A stretch of 64,000 bases of DNA, taken from the sequence record OQ031495; one strand, 5' to 3'. A model generated the notes under the pieces. The model did not search any database and had not been told where the DNA came from. It was given only the letters and a program-made list of their open reading frames with translations. Position 1 is the stretch's first letter. Every line of letters starts with the position of its first letter. Position numbers and translations under genes: made by a program. The DNA is from Escherichia phage MRostami-2023e. Positions 50,406 to 60,176 of this stretch are shown here, one piece after another.

Positions 50406-50935
50406 TCAAGCAATCCAATAATTTCTGCTATACCCTTAATAGGGCCATTAGGGCCTGGAATAGCAATAGTTGTCGAAAGGTCTTCTGCCCATTTGATTAC
50501 AAAAGCAGGCATCTCAAGGAAAGAAATTTCTTTCTCTTCGTCATTAACTTTTATTAAGCAATTTGATAGCATTTCACTGATTGTAGCGAATTGTTCAAAT
50601 TTGCCTGGAGGTCTAAAATAAAAAGTATTGCCTTGGAATTGGAATTCTGTTCGTTGGCATACATAGACGTCATCTAGTTTATACGTGAATCCGTCTTTTT
50701 CAACTTCAGACTTAAGTTTGTTATTAAATTCCAATATGTGTAGACATGCAAAATCAAAATCTGCAGGACTCATATTTTTACAAATAGAATCAGCTAAGAT
50801 TTTCATGTTTTCATCAGGACCTTTAACGTCCTTTAAAAGATTATAATGTTTGAGCCCTAATTTAGGAATCATTACCTTTTTATTAGACTGTGGTAGAATT
50901 ATTTTCTTTAGAGGTAGAATCAGATTTAAGTTCAT
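50402..50935 (-). CDS. 28: gp28 baseplate distal hub subunit
   Basis: 177 aa, same as T4 gp28; overlaps gp29 start. Confidence 0.9.
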   Translation of the reverse strand: MNLNLILPLKKIILPQSNKKVMIPKLGLKHYNLLKDVKGPDENMKILADSICKNMSPADFDFACLHILEFNNKLKSEVEKDGFTYKLDDVYVCQRTEFQFQGNTFYFRPPGKFEQFATISEMLSNCLIKVNDEEKEISFLEMPAFVIKWAEDLSTTIAIPGPNGPIKGIAEIIGLLE

Positions 50936-52055
50936 TTTTAACCTTAACTGGGTTAACAGGTTCTAACACCATTGAGTTGGTAAACATGTACAGATGAGTT
51001 TGTGAGTTATTATTTGATAACTCATGAATAACTTCATCGACGTAAAATTCGGATTTGAATTGGTTCTTTTGGTCAACAAATATAATTTTAGTAGCAGGCG
51101 TTATGTTAAAATTACCTGTAGTAGTGCATTTAGCATATCCATCATATTGAGCCATTGTCTGAAGACGACTTGCTTCTTCAAATCCATTACGATAAGTCAT
51201 TTCGGAATATCCACCGGATCTTGACACAACAATAGCATTATCACCATCGCCTGTAACAATAACCGGAATAGATGTATCTAAAAATGAATGAGCGAATATC
51301 GTGGCGTTTTTAATAGGGTCTCTTGTAAATTGGTTAGCTTTAGTCATCCAGGTGAAATCCCATACTAATGGATACTCAAGCTCTTGAATATACTGACCTA
51401 CGGTATTTGGCTCGCCTACAATCATCTTAATGCCTTCCTGACCAATAAGAGTATCATAGTCAATCATGTTTACGCCTAAAATATCTTGCCATACGAATAC
51501 GAACTTATCACTCGCTGTAGCAAGTCCTAATTCTCTGACATATGCCAAATAATCATCAAATGTGCTTGTCCAAGGGATATCAGGAACATAAGCATTAATA
51601 GTGTTTATTGGCGGAGTAATTAACGCACGGTCTTTGTATATGACACCTAACATTTCACGTATAGATTCTCCTGCGTCCGGGAAGAATGGCCGCCCAAATT
51701 TAAGGTTCTCTATAGAATGTATTGTTCCAAGCTCAATTGCAATAATATTGTCACCTTTTGAGTCCACAGACACAGAATAATGTTTGCATCCATAAATTCG
51801 AGTTCTAACTTGGAGAGGCGTGTTTGAATTTGAAACAGAGATTTGAACTATCTGTCTACCGTCCATTTTAGTGTGGATGTTTTTAGTGTCATAAAATTGA
51901 AGAATCCCTTCATTTCTTCCATATAACGAATCTCGCATGGTTAAAGTTGTTATTGTTGCTGCGAGTTCAACGTATCTATTTTCTTGCCAAGCCGAATAAT
52001 CTTGGTATAATTTAACGCTTAAGTTAGGATATCCTGGACGTTGGAATACTTTCAT
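50883..52055 (-). CDS. 27: gp27 baseplate hub subunit
   Basis: 390 aa; T4 gp27 is 391 aa. Confidence 0.93.
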   Translation of the reverse strand: MKVFQRPGYPNLSVKLYQDYSAWQENRYVELAATITTLTMRDSLYGRNEGILQFYDTKNIHTKMDGRQIVQISVSNSNTPLQVRTRIYGCKHYSVSVDSKGDNIIAIELGTIHSIENLKFGRPFFPDAGESIREMLGVIYKDRALITPPINTINAYVPDIPWTSTFDDYLAYVRELGLATASDKFVFVWQDILGVNMIDYDTLIGQEGIKMIVGEPNTVGQYIQELEYPLVWDFTWMTKANQFTRDPIKNATIFAHSFLDTSIPVIVTGDGDNAIVVSRSGGYSEMTYRNGFEEASRLQTMAQYDGYAKCTTTGNFNITPATKIIFVDQKNQFKSEFYVDEVIHELSNNNSQTHLYMFTNSMVLEPVNPVKVKNELKSDSTSKENNSTTV

Positions 52056-52804
52056 TTTTTATGGTCCTTTTCTACTAATGTTAAAGCAATACCACGTTCA
52101 ACAGGAATCATTTGCATAATAGAATCCAATGTGTATTGACTCTTTACCAGTGAATGGTTTATCTGATAGAATGTAAAAATCTCATCAGGGTTAACTAACA
52201 ATTTAAAAACCTCTAAGATATCAGTATATGTTTTAACATGACGTTCACAACAACCTAATCTAAGGGTCAAATTAATAGGGTTCATAGAAGCAATAACCTT
52301 CTCAAGAGAGTCAATATCTATTGCTTCTATTACTTGGATTTGGTTCTCTTCAGTCAAATCATTCCATGGGTACCATTCATCATTATAATATATTTCTTTT
52401 ATGTTTTCACTTATCATTAATGCTTTATTGTCATAAAACTTTTCAGGGAAAGAAAAACGTATTTTTATACCAGCAACATCAAGTTCAGGTTCGACTAGTT
52501 CTTTTTGATATATCTCAAATGGCGCAGTTTTTTCTTTAGAGCATTTAGGGCAAGTGAAAATAACGGGAACTTTTGTTTTGCCTATAGAGCCTGCAAAAAC
52601 TTGCAGGAATATAAATGGTTGCCATGTTTTAGGGTACTCGCCAAAATAATCATCAATCAGATCGGCAATTATTTCTTTTTGTTCTTGCGGCGAACGATGT
52701 TCGATATCATTTCTAACTAGTAAAAAGTCTCTATAATCCGCCACAGTGAACGGCTTAAAACGATGAACACCATCCGGTAATTTACAACGAATTATATTAG
52801 CCAT
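52052..52804 (-). CDS. 51: gp51 baseplate hub assembly catalyst
   Basis: 250 aa; position upstream of gp27, divergent from gp26. Confidence 0.9.
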   Translation of the reverse strand: MANIIRCKLPDGVHRFKPFTVADYRDFLLVRNDIEHRSPQEQKEIIADLIDDYFGEYPKTWQPFIFLQVFAGSIGKTKVPVIFTCPKCSKEKTAPFEIYQKELVEPELDVAGIKIRFSFPEKFYDNKALMISENIKEIYYNDEWYPWNDLTEENQIQVIEAIDIDSLEKVIASMNPINLTLRLGCCERHVKTYTDILEVFKLLVNPDEIFTFYQINHSLVKSQYTLDSIMQMIPVERGIALTLVEKDHKK

Positions 52805-52821
52805 AATTACTCCTTTTCTAT

Positions 52822-52833
52822 TATTTATAAATA
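52822..52833. promoter_or_regulatory. palindromic divergent late promoter TATTTATAAATA (TATAAATA on both strands) for genes 51 and 26
   Basis: tatttataaata in the 47-bp gap between the divergent gp51 and gp26 start codons. Confidence 0.6.
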
Positions 52834-52851
52834 CACAATAAAGGAGTTAAC

Positions 52852-53478
52852 ATGTACAAATATACGTTTACCGTACGTTTAGGCGATAAAGAAGTGAATT
52901 GTAGAGCCTTTACTTTAAAAGAATATTTAGGACTCATAGGTGCGCGGGCTACCGGTACTATTGAATCAGCAGTGAACAATATTATCACTAATTGCTCTAA
53001 CGCTAAAAACTTGACTAAACAAGAAGCCGAGTTATTGTTGGTAAATCTGTGGGCACATTCGTTAGGTGAAGTGAATCAAGAACACACCTGGAATTGTTCC
53101 TGTGGGCATTCATTTCAAGTCTATATGAATTTATTGCACACTCAATTAGATGAACAGGCCGATCCCTGGTATTCGTTTAGTGGTATTAAAATTAAGTTCC
53201 GTCAACCTAAATTATTTGACGATAAAAATATCGCATTAATGATTGCTTCATGTATTGAGGCCGTTTTTGTAAATGGAGAGTCCATCGCTGTTGAAGATTT
53301 AACTGAAGCAGAAATAAACGACCTTTACGGCCTTATAACAGAAGATGATATGATCAATATTAAAAATCTTTTGGTGTCGCCATCAATTTATCTGGCAACC
53401 CCTATTAAATGTCCCAAATGTGGGGCGTCACACGTTCACACAATACGAGGCCTCAAAGAATTCTTTGAGTTACTATAA
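52852..53478 (+). CDS. 26: gp26 baseplate hub subunit
   Basis: 208 aa, same as T4 gp26. Confidence 0.9.
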   Translation: MYKYTFTVRLGDKEVNCRAFTLKEYLGLIGARATGTIESAVNNIITNCSNAKNLTKQEAELLLVNLWAHSLGEVNQEHTWNCSCGHSFQVYMNLLHTQLDEQADPWYSFSGIKIKFRQPKLFDDKNIALMIASCIEAVFVNGESIAVEDLTEAEINDLYGLITEDDMINIKNLLVSPSIYLATPIKCPKCGASHVHTIRGLKEFFELL

Positions 53479-53876
53479 TGTCTAATATCAATAAACTTTA
53501 TTCAGATATCGACCCAGAAATGCGTATGGATTGGAACAAGGACGTTGCTCGTTCTGTAGGACTTCGTTCTATTAAAAATAGTCTTCTTGGCATAGTGACA
53601 ACTAGAAAAGGCTCACGCCCCTTCGACCCTGAATTTGGATGCGATTTGGTTGATGAACTTTTCGAGAACATGACACCACTTACAGCCGATACGATTGAGC
53701 GTAATATCCAGGCAGCCGTCCGTAACTATGAGCCGCGCATCGACAAACTTTCTGTAAGTGTAACGCCAGTATATGATGACTATACAGTTATAGTAGAGAT
53801 TAGATTTTCGGTCGTAGATAACCCTGATGATATCGAACAAATCAAACTTCAGTTAGCATCAAGCAATAGAGTGTAA
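53478..53876 (+). CDS. 25: gp25 baseplate wedge subunit
   Basis: 132 aa; MSNINKLYSDIDPEMRMDWNKDVAR.. matches T4 gp25. Confidence 0.93.
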   Translation: MSNINKLYSDIDPEMRMDWNKDVARSVGLRSIKNSLLGIVTTRKGSRPFDPEFGCDLVDELFENMTPLTADTIERNIQAAVRNYEPRIDKLSVSVTPVYDDYTVIVEIRFSVVDNPDDIEQIKLQLASSNRV

Positions 53877-53901
53877 TGCTTCAAGGCAACCTATGTATAA
53901 T
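53877..53901 (+). promoter_or_regulatory. middle promoter: MotA box TGCTTCA at -30 and TATAAT -10, upstream of uvsY
   Basis: tgcttca 53877-53883, 12-nt spacer, tataat 53896-53901. Confidence 0.6.
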
Positions 53902-53956
53902 GGTTTTAGGTCCTTCCGATACAGCCGGGAGATTATTAGTTAAAAGAGAGAATATT

Positions 53957-54370
53957 ATGAAGCTGGAAGATTTACAGGAAGAGTTAGACGCAGACTTAGC
54001 TATTGATACGACAAAGTTGCAATATGAGACAGCGAATAATGTTAAGTTATACAGCAAATGGCTACGTAAGCACTCATTTATTCGTAAAGAAATGTTGCGT
54101 ATAGAGACTCAGAAGAAAACTGCTCTAAAAGCGAGATTAGACTACTACTCGGGACGAGGTGATGGTGATGAATTCAGTATGGACCGATACGAGAAATCTG
54201 AAATGAAAACTGTCCTGGCTGCAGATAAAGATGTGCTTAAAATAGAGACTACTTTACAATACTGGGGAATTTTACTTGAGTTCTGTAGTGGTGCACTTGA
54301 CGCAGTTAAGTCTCGTAGTTTTGCACTTAAACATATCCAGGATATGCGAGAATTTGAAGCGGGGCAATAA
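53957..54370 (+). CDS. uvsY: UvsY recombination mediator
   Basis: ATG 53957; MKLEDLQEELDADLAIDTTKLQYETANNV..YYSGRGDGDEFSMDRYEKSEMK.. matches T4 UvsY (137 aa). Confidence 0.9.
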   Translation: MKLEDLQEELDADLAIDTTKLQYETANNVKLYSKWLRKHSFIRKEMLRIETQKKTALKARLDYYSGRGDGDEFSMDRYEKSEMKTVLAADKDVLKIETTLQYWGILLEFCSGALDAVKSRSFALKHIQDMREFEAGQ

Positions 54371-54594
54371 TGCGTTATTCAATTGAAGATGCCTTTAATA
54401 ATGATGAAGAATTTGAAACTGAAATTAAATTCTTAATGGAAAAGTATCGTCTACGTCGTCAGGATATTCGTATCCTGGCAGACCATCCTTGTGGCGAAGA
54501 CGTCCTTTATATTAAAGGGAAGTTTGCTGGGTACATCGACGAGTATTTTTATACAAAAGATATGGGTATCGATATGTGCATGCGAGTTATATAA
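54370..54594 (+). CDS. hypothetical protein (uvsY.-1 position)
   Basis: 74-aa ORF, ATGA overlap with uvsY. Confidence 0.5.
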   Translation: MRYSIEDAFNNDEEFETEIKFLMEKYRLRRQDIRILADHPCGEDVLYIKGKFAGYIDEYFYTKDMGIDMCMRVI

Positions 54595-54626
54595 ATAGAT
54601 ATGTAATTTCAACTTAGGAGGCAATC

Positions 54627-54794
54627 ATGTCAGATAAGATTTGTGTTGTCTGTAAAACTCCAATCGATTCTGCATTGGTTGTTGAAACAGACAAAGGTCC
54701 AGCACATCCTGGACCTTGTTATAATTATGTCCAACAAATGCCGGTTTCAGAAAGTTCAGAAGAGCAATTGAACGAAACCCAACTTTTACTATAG
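54627..54794 (+). CDS. small Cys-containing protein (55 aa), possible zinc ribbon (uvsY.-2 position)
   Basis: AGGAG RBS then ATG; MSDKICVVCKTPIDS..HPGPCYNY..; below the track cutoff. Confidence 0.4.
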   Translation: MSDKICVVCKTPIDSALVVETDKGPAHPGPCYNYVQQMPVSESSEEQLNETQLLL

Positions 54795-54819
54795 TGTTAC
54801 CTTTTTTGCCTATGGTTTT

Positions 54820-54850
54820 GGCCCTTCCAAAAAGGTCGGGCCTTTTTTTA
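54820..54850 (+). terminator. imperfect hairpin plus T7 tract between convergent genes
   Basis: ggcccttccaaaaaggtcgggcc then ttttttt. Confidence 0.45.
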
Positions 54851-54851
54851 A

Positions 54852-55085
54852 TTAGAAGTCTTCTTCCTCATCCTCATCATCGTCGCCTTCAAGTTCGGCA
54901 CGCTTACCTGCTAAGGCATCCCTGACAGAAATATCATCTGTATCTTTTAATTCCGTTTCTTTTATACGTTTCTTATAATAAGCTTCCAATTCTTCAAGCC
55001 CTTCTAAGGTATGACAACTAGCAATTTTACCCATGAATTCGTCAATAGATGCTTCGTATAAAAATTGTTTAAATTCAAGTACCAT
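54852..55085 (-). CDS. uvsW.1: UvsW.1 small acidic protein
   Basis: 77 aa; MVLEFKQFLYEASIDEFMGKIASC..; acidic tail DDDEDEEEDF; directly downstream of uvsW as in T4. Confidence 0.85.
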   Translation of the reverse strand: MVLEFKQFLYEASIDEFMGKIASCHTLEGLEELEAYYKKRIKETELKDTDDISVRDALAGKRAELEGDDDEDEEEDF

Positions 55086-55096
55086 TTTTATCTCCT

Positions 55097-55112
55097 AAGG
55101 GCCGAAGCCCTT
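55097..55112 (-). other. UUCG-loop hairpin overlapping the uvsW stop, no U tract
   Basis: aagggccgaagccctt. Confidence 0.35.
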
Positions 55113-56625
55113 ATAAATTAATTGTTTTCATTACATAGTTAAATTTCTCATCAGCGTAACGCTGGATACGATCAATACCGTGTTTTAACAAGTAATTAAG
55201 ATGAGTATACTTCTTTTTAGTATTTAATGATTTAGGTTTTACACCTGCGTCATCGATGAGATCCCAAACTGTAGCAACAGCTTTAGAACCATGCTTACGA
55301 AGCACACGACCTACTGTTTGAAGTACGATAATTTTTGATTTAACACCATGGGCAAAAATAACATGATGAAGATTCTTGACTGAAATACCAGTAGAGAATA
55401 CTCCATATGATGCGACAATAATAATGCCTTTACCATTTTCTGCCATGACTTTAAGCGCGTTACGTGTTTCAGTATCAACTTCACCTGATACGTAATAAAC
55501 TTTTTCGTATCCAAGCTCTTTAATAGCTTCAAATATTTCTTTACCGTGCGTAACGTGTTTAAACATTACAAAGGCGTTCTCGTCTTTCTTAGCCAATTTG
55601 ACTGAAAGTTGAGCAATCCACTTTGTACGTCGTTTTAGTCCGGTAATAATTTTAACTTCTTCTTGGTATGTTTTACCTTTTAATTTAACGGTGAATTCGT
55701 CCGGATAACGAAGGAAAATACTATTAATCTTAAGCTCAGTTACCTGTCCATCTTCCATTAATTTAGACGTGCTAACAGGACGGAAGATTTCGCCGAACAT
55801 ACCTACGTACTGCATTACATTGGCTTTTCCGTCTCTTAATGAGCCAGATAAACCGAATTTAAACATACAATTATTTAATCCTGAGATGATTGAAGAAATA
55901 CTTTTGCCTGTTGCTAAGTGGCATTCATCGTTCATCATCATACCGAACTGAGAGAACCATTCTTTAGGCTGCTTAACTACCGTTTGCCATGTGCCAACAA
56001 TAATTGGAGCGTCGTTTTTAGCTCTGTCTGCTTTATCAGCACCACCGCCAATTTTCTTAATCATTGAATGACTAAACAAGCGATAATCAACAAAATCATT
56101 AGCCATCTGAGTTGTCAATGCTGTTGTAGGGACGATAATGAGAATTTTACCTTCATAGTTCTCTAGATAATATCGAGCTAAAAGTGCTTGGATTAGTGAT
56201 TTACCTGCTGATGTCGGAAGGTTTAAAATTCGACGACGATTAACTAGTCCTTCATATACTGCATCTTTTTGATACCAATGTGGTTCGATTTTGGAGTTGC
56301 CCGAATAAATTTCTTGTTTAGAAAGCCATGCGTCAAAATCTTCCCTGGTAAGGTCTTCGGTCTCAAAGATTTTAGGGTCAATCCATACAGAGTAACTCAT
56401 ATTGTTACAGAACTTTTTTATTTGTCCTACAAGTCCATATGGTAACAAACGGTTGTAATCTAAAAGTCGAATTCTACCATCCCATTGCCCATAGCGATAT
56501 TTTGGGTTAAATTTATACCCGTCAGCTTCAAAGCTAAAAAAGTCACGAAGTTCGTAAAACGTACTTTCGTCGCATTCAATGCGCACGTGACTAAAATCAT
56601 AAAAATGTACTTTAATGTCAGTCAT
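55111..56625 (-). CDS. uvsW: UvsW helicase (SF2; RNA-DNA and DNA-DNA branch migration)
   Basis: 504 aa; Walker A PTSAGKS; DEAH-box-type MMNDECH; matches T4 UvsW. Confidence 0.95.
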   Translation of the reverse strand: MTDIKVHFYDFSHVRIECDESTFYELRDFFSFEADGYKFNPKYRYGQWDGRIRLLDYNRLLPYGLVGQIKKFCNNMSYSVWIDPKIFETEDLTREDFDAWLSKQEIYSGNSKIEPHWYQKDAVYEGLVNRRRILNLPTSAGKSLIQALLARYYLENYEGKILIIVPTTALTTQMANDFVDYRLFSHSMIKKIGGGADKADRAKNDAPIIVGTWQTVVKQPKEWFSQFGMMMNDECHLATGKSISSIISGLNNCMFKFGLSGSLRDGKANVMQYVGMFGEIFRPVSTSKLMEDGQVTELKINSIFLRYPDEFTVKLKGKTYQEEVKIITGLKRRTKWIAQLSVKLAKKDENAFVMFKHVTHGKEIFEAIKELGYEKVYYVSGEVDTETRNALKVMAENGKGIIIVASYGVFSTGISVKNLHHVIFAHGVKSKIIVLQTVGRVLRKHGSKAVATVWDLIDDAGVKPKSLNTKKKYTHLNYLLKHGIDRIQRYADEKFNYVMKTINL

Positions 56626-56654
56626 GTCAAATTACCATGTAATAAATATAGTTA

Positions 56655-56662
56655 TATTTATA
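56655..56662 (-). promoter_or_regulatory. late promoter TATAAATA for uvsW
   Basis: plus-strand tatttata 30 nt upstream of the uvsW start. Confidence 0.55.
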
Positions 56663-56675
56663 ATGAGGAAATATC

Positions 56676-57344
56676 ATGATCGATAAAGACTATATTGAAG
56701 AGTTACGTGCTCTTTCTGATAAAAAGGAAGCCAAAGCTAAACTGTTTGAATATGCGGAACAATTTGGCATTAGTGTTAAGAAATCAAAATCATTCGATAA
56801 TATTGTTATTGATATCGAAGAAGCTCTTAATGCACTGGCTGATGAACCATTACCTGAAACTGATGGATTATCTATCACCGATTTAATTACTGCCGCAGAT
56901 GATGTAGACGGTGTTAATTTCACCAACGAAGAAGTTAAAGAAGAAGCTATTCTGTTGTTTGATTCTCCAACAGAACAAGTTGAAGTATTAGAAGTTGTCG
57001 AACAAGAAAAAGAATTCGACCATGATAAATTCGAAGAAGCAATTACTCAGGTTGTTGAATCTGAAAAAGAGCCTGAGCCAGAGGTAAATAAAGAAGTAAA
57101 ATTTGTTCTGCCTGAAAATTTTAGTCCTACACTCATTAAATTAGGCAAAGGCCCAGGATATGTTACTGTTCCTTGGTGGATTTATCAATGGATAGCCGAA
57201 ACCCCAGATTGGAAATCTCGTCCAACTAGTTTTGTGCATGCTTCTGCTCACCAAACATTATTTAGCTTAATTTATTATATTAATCGCGATGGATCAGTTC
57301 TAATTCGTGAAACTCGTAATTCTTCTTTCGTAACATTAAAATAA
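56676..57344 (+). CDS. inh: Inh-like protein (inhibitor of prohead protease), by position and size
   Basis: 222-aa ORF between uvsW and hoc, the T4 inh position; acidic central region. Confidence 0.7.
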   Translation: MIDKDYIEELRALSDKKEAKAKLFEYAEQFGISVKKSKSFDNIVIDIEEALNALADEPLPETDGLSITDLITAADDVDGVNFTNEEVKEEAILLFDSPTEQVEVLEVVEQEKEFDHDKFEEAITQVVESEKEPEPEVNKEVKFVLPENFSPTLIKLGKGPGYVTVPWWIYQWIAETPDWKSRPTSFVHASAHQTLFSLIYYINRDGSVLIRETRNSSFVTLK

Positions 57345-57353
57345 GGATAACTT

Positions 57354-58484
57354 ATGGCTTTTACAGTTGATATAACTCCTAAAACACCTACTGGAGTTAT
57401 AGATGAGACTAAGCAGTTTACTGCTACACCCAGTGGTGAAACTGGGGGCGGAACTATTACATATGCTTGGTCTGTGGATGATGTTCCACAAGATGGATCT
57501 GAAGCAACTTTTAGTTATGTACTAAAAGGACCTGCCGGTCAAAAGACTATTAAAGTAGTTGCAACAAATACAGTTCCAGAAGCTGAAGCTGAAACAGCAG
57601 AAGCTTCTACAACTATCACAGTTCAAAACAAGACACAGACAACTACCTTGGCAGTAACTCCCAATAGTCCTTCAGCCGGAGTAATTGGAACCCCAGTTCA
57701 ATTTACTGCTGCCTTAGCTTCTCAACCGGTTGGAGCGTCTGCTACGTATCAGTGGTATGTAGATGATTCACAGGTTGGTGGAGAAACTAACTCTACATTT
57801 AGCTATACTCCGACTACAAGTGGAGTAAAAAGAATTAAATGTGTAGCCCAAGTAACCGCGACAGATTATGATGCAAAGGAAGTTACTTCGAATGAAGTAT
57901 CATTAACGGTTAATAAGAAGACAATGAATCCACGGGTTACATTGACTCCTCCTTCTATTAACGTTCAGCAAGATGCTTCGGCTACATTTACCGCTAATGT
58001 CACTGNNNNNNNNNNNNNNNNNNNNNNNNNNNNNNNNNNNNNNNNNNNNNNNNNNNNNNNNNNNNNNTCAACTAATGTATACACCGTTGATACATCATCT
58101 ATTGGAAGTCAAACTATTGAAGTTACTGCAACTGTTACTGCTACTGATTATGATAGCAAAACTATCACAGCAGAAGGTCAAGTTCAGGTAACTGATAAAG
58201 TTGCTCCAGAACCAGAAGGTGAATTACCTTATGTTCATCCTCTTCCACATCGTAGCTCAGCTTACANNNNNNNNGGTTGGTGGGTTATGGATGAAATCCA
58301 AAAAATGACTGAAGAAGGTAAAGATTGGAAAACTGAAGATCCAGATAGTAAGTATTACTTGCATCGTTATACGCTTCAGAAGATGATGAAAGACTATCCA
58401 GAAGTTGATGTTCAAGAATCACGTAATGGATACATCATCCATAAAACTGCTTTGGAAACTGGTATCATCTATACATATCCATAA
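57354..58484 (+). CDS. hoc: Hoc, highly immunogenic outer capsid protein (Ig-like domains)
   Basis: 376 aa; MAFTVDITPKTPTGVIDETKQFTATPSG.. and C-terminus ..LPYVHPLPHRSSAY..; two N blocks keep frame. Confidence 0.93.
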   Translation: MAFTVDITPKTPTGVIDETKQFTATPSGETGGGTITYAWSVDDVPQDGSEATFSYVLKGPAGQKTIKVVATNTVPEAEAETAEASTTITVQNKTQTTTLAVTPNSPSAGVIGTPVQFTAALASQPVGASATYQWYVDDSQVGGETNSTFSYTPTTSGVKRIKCVAQVTATDYDAKEVTSNEVSLTVNKKTMNPRVTLTPPSINVQQDASATFTANVTXXXXXXXXXXXXXXXXXXXXXSTNVYTVDTSSIGSQTIEVTATVTATDYDSKTITAEGQVQVTDKVAPEPEGELPYVHPLPHRSSAYXXXGWWVMDEIQKMTEEGKDWKTEDPDSKYYLHRYTLQKMMKDYPEVDVQESRNGYIIHKTALETGIIYTYP

Positions 58485-58488
58485 TCAA

Positions 58489-58515
58489 GGGGCTTCGGCC
58501 CCTTTCTTCGTTTTT
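58489..58515 (+). terminator. GGGGC-UUCG-GCCCC hairpin plus T-rich tract
   Basis: ggggcttcggcccctttcttcgttttt after hoc. Confidence 0.7.
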
Positions 58516-58577
58516 AAAGCATACAAAACACATCTTGAGATTGATGTATATAATGGCACAAACCAAATAATACGGGA

Positions 58578-58778
58578 TTGATTATGAGAGCTGAAGTTGA
58601 AGTTTATACATTACATGGGGCGGGATTTTCATTCGTAGAAATTGCTCAAAAAATTGGTTTACAACCTAAAGAAGTTGGATTACTATGGACTAAAGCCGAG
58701 ACAGCTCGGTCAAAGTTTAAAGCAAAAGAAAAAGTTGTATACCGTAAACGTTTGATTAACAAAAAGGTGAAGAAATGA
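58578..58778 (+). CDS. hypothetical protein
   Basis: 66-aa ORF. Confidence 0.5.
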   Translation: MIMRAEVEVYTLHGAGFSFVEIAQKIGLQPKEVGLLWTKAETARSKFKAKEKVVYRKRLINKKVKK

Positions 58779-59026
58779 GTTTTGCACAGGAATTAAGAGA
58801 AAGGGCTCTGGCCACTAAAGCTAATTTGTTGAGTGATTTTATTACTAACTTCTCTGTGATGGCAGAGAAAGCCGCTGATAAAGGCCAGACACAATTCACG
58901 TACTACCCGTCAAAGAATGATTTAACTATCACTGAGCAAGTCGGGCAGTGGTTACGTGATAATGGCTTTCAGTATAAAATTAATCACGACCAGCGTGATG
59001 GTCATTGGATAGAAATCAAGTTCTAA
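58775..59026 (+). CDS. hypothetical protein
   Basis: 83-aa ORF, ATGA overlap. Confidence 0.5.
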   Translation: MSFAQELRERALATKANLLSDFITNFSVMAEKAADKGQTQFTYYPSKNDLTITEQVGQWLRDNGFQYKINHDQRDGHWIEIKF

Positions 59027-59145
59027 TATGCTTTACATTTTTTGATGGTATAATGAATCTAGGTTCTATCCATTCAAATTAAACATCTGGTCGGAGACAG
59101 AGTCTCTGCTAATTATTTTGATATTATTATTTATAATGGTGATTT

Positions 59146-60145
59146 ATGTTTAAGAAATACAGCAGTCTTGAAAACCACTACAACTCTAAGTTTATTGAAA
59201 AACTCTACACTAATGGTTTGACTACTGGTGTTTGGGTAGCACGTGAGAAAATCCATGGGACCAACTTCTCGTTAATAATTGAACGTGACAACGTCACATG
59301 CGCCAAGCGCACAGGCCCTATTCTTCCAGCAGAAGATTTTTATGGTTATGAAATTGTACTCAAGAAGTATGATAAGGCTATTAAAAACGTTCAAGAAGTA
59401 ATGGGTAGTTCTCGAGCTGTATCATATCAGGTCTTTGGTGAATTCGCTGGTGGTGGAATCCAGAAAGGTGTTGACTACGGTGAAAAAGATTTTTATGTGT
59501 TCGATATCCTTATCAATACAGAAAGTGGTGATAATACGTATTTGACCGATTACGAAATGCAAGATTTCTGTAATGAATTCGGTTTTAAAATGGCACCAAT
59601 GCTTGGTCGTGGCACATTTGATGCTCTTATCATGATTCCAAACGACCTTGATTCTGTCTTAGCCGCTTATAATGCTACTGCGTCAGAAGACCTTGTCGAA
59701 GCAAATAATTGCGTATTTGATGCTAATGTTATTGGTGATAATACTGCGGAAGGTTATGTTCTGAAGCCTTGTTTCCCCTAAATGGCTGCCAAACGGTACT
59801 CGTGTAGCTATTAAGTGCAAGAACTCTAAATTCAGTGAAAAGAAAAAGTCTGATAAGCCTATTAAAACTCAGGTTCCATTAACCGAAACTGACAAAAACT
59901 TGCTTGATGTTCTAGCTTGTTATGTTACATTAAATCGTATTAATAATGTGATTTCTAAGATTGGGACTGTAACGCCAAAAGATTTTGGCAAAGTGATGGG
60001 ATTGACTGTTCAAGATATTCTGGAAGAAACTTCTCGTGAAGGTATTGTATTAACATCATCTGATAATCCGAATCTTGTTAAGAAAGAATTAGTCAGAATG
60101 GTGCAAGATGTTCTGCGTCCTGCATGGATTGAATTAGTATCATAA
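59146..60145 (+). CDS. rnlB: RNA ligase 2, reading frame interrupted by an apparent 1-nt insertion near 59779-59782
   Basis: [33 protein letters not shown].. N-terminal part ends at TAA 59781; C-terminal part ..[26 protein letters not shown] continues in frame +1; 1000 nt = 333 codons + 1. Confidence 0.85.
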
Positions 60146-60152
60146 CGAAAAA

Positions 60153-60176
60153 GGGACCTTACGGTCCCTTTTTTTT
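60153..60176. terminator. bidirectional terminator: GGGACC-UUAC-GGUCCC with T/A tracts on both sides
   Basis: aaaaagggaccttacggtccctttttttt between convergent rnlB (+) and gp24 (-). Confidence 0.7.

Noticed and set aside
56639-56650. Plus-strand late promoter for inh (AATAAATATA)
   Set aside because: Not an exact TATAAATA; the exact box in this gap is on the minus strand and is assigned to uvsW.
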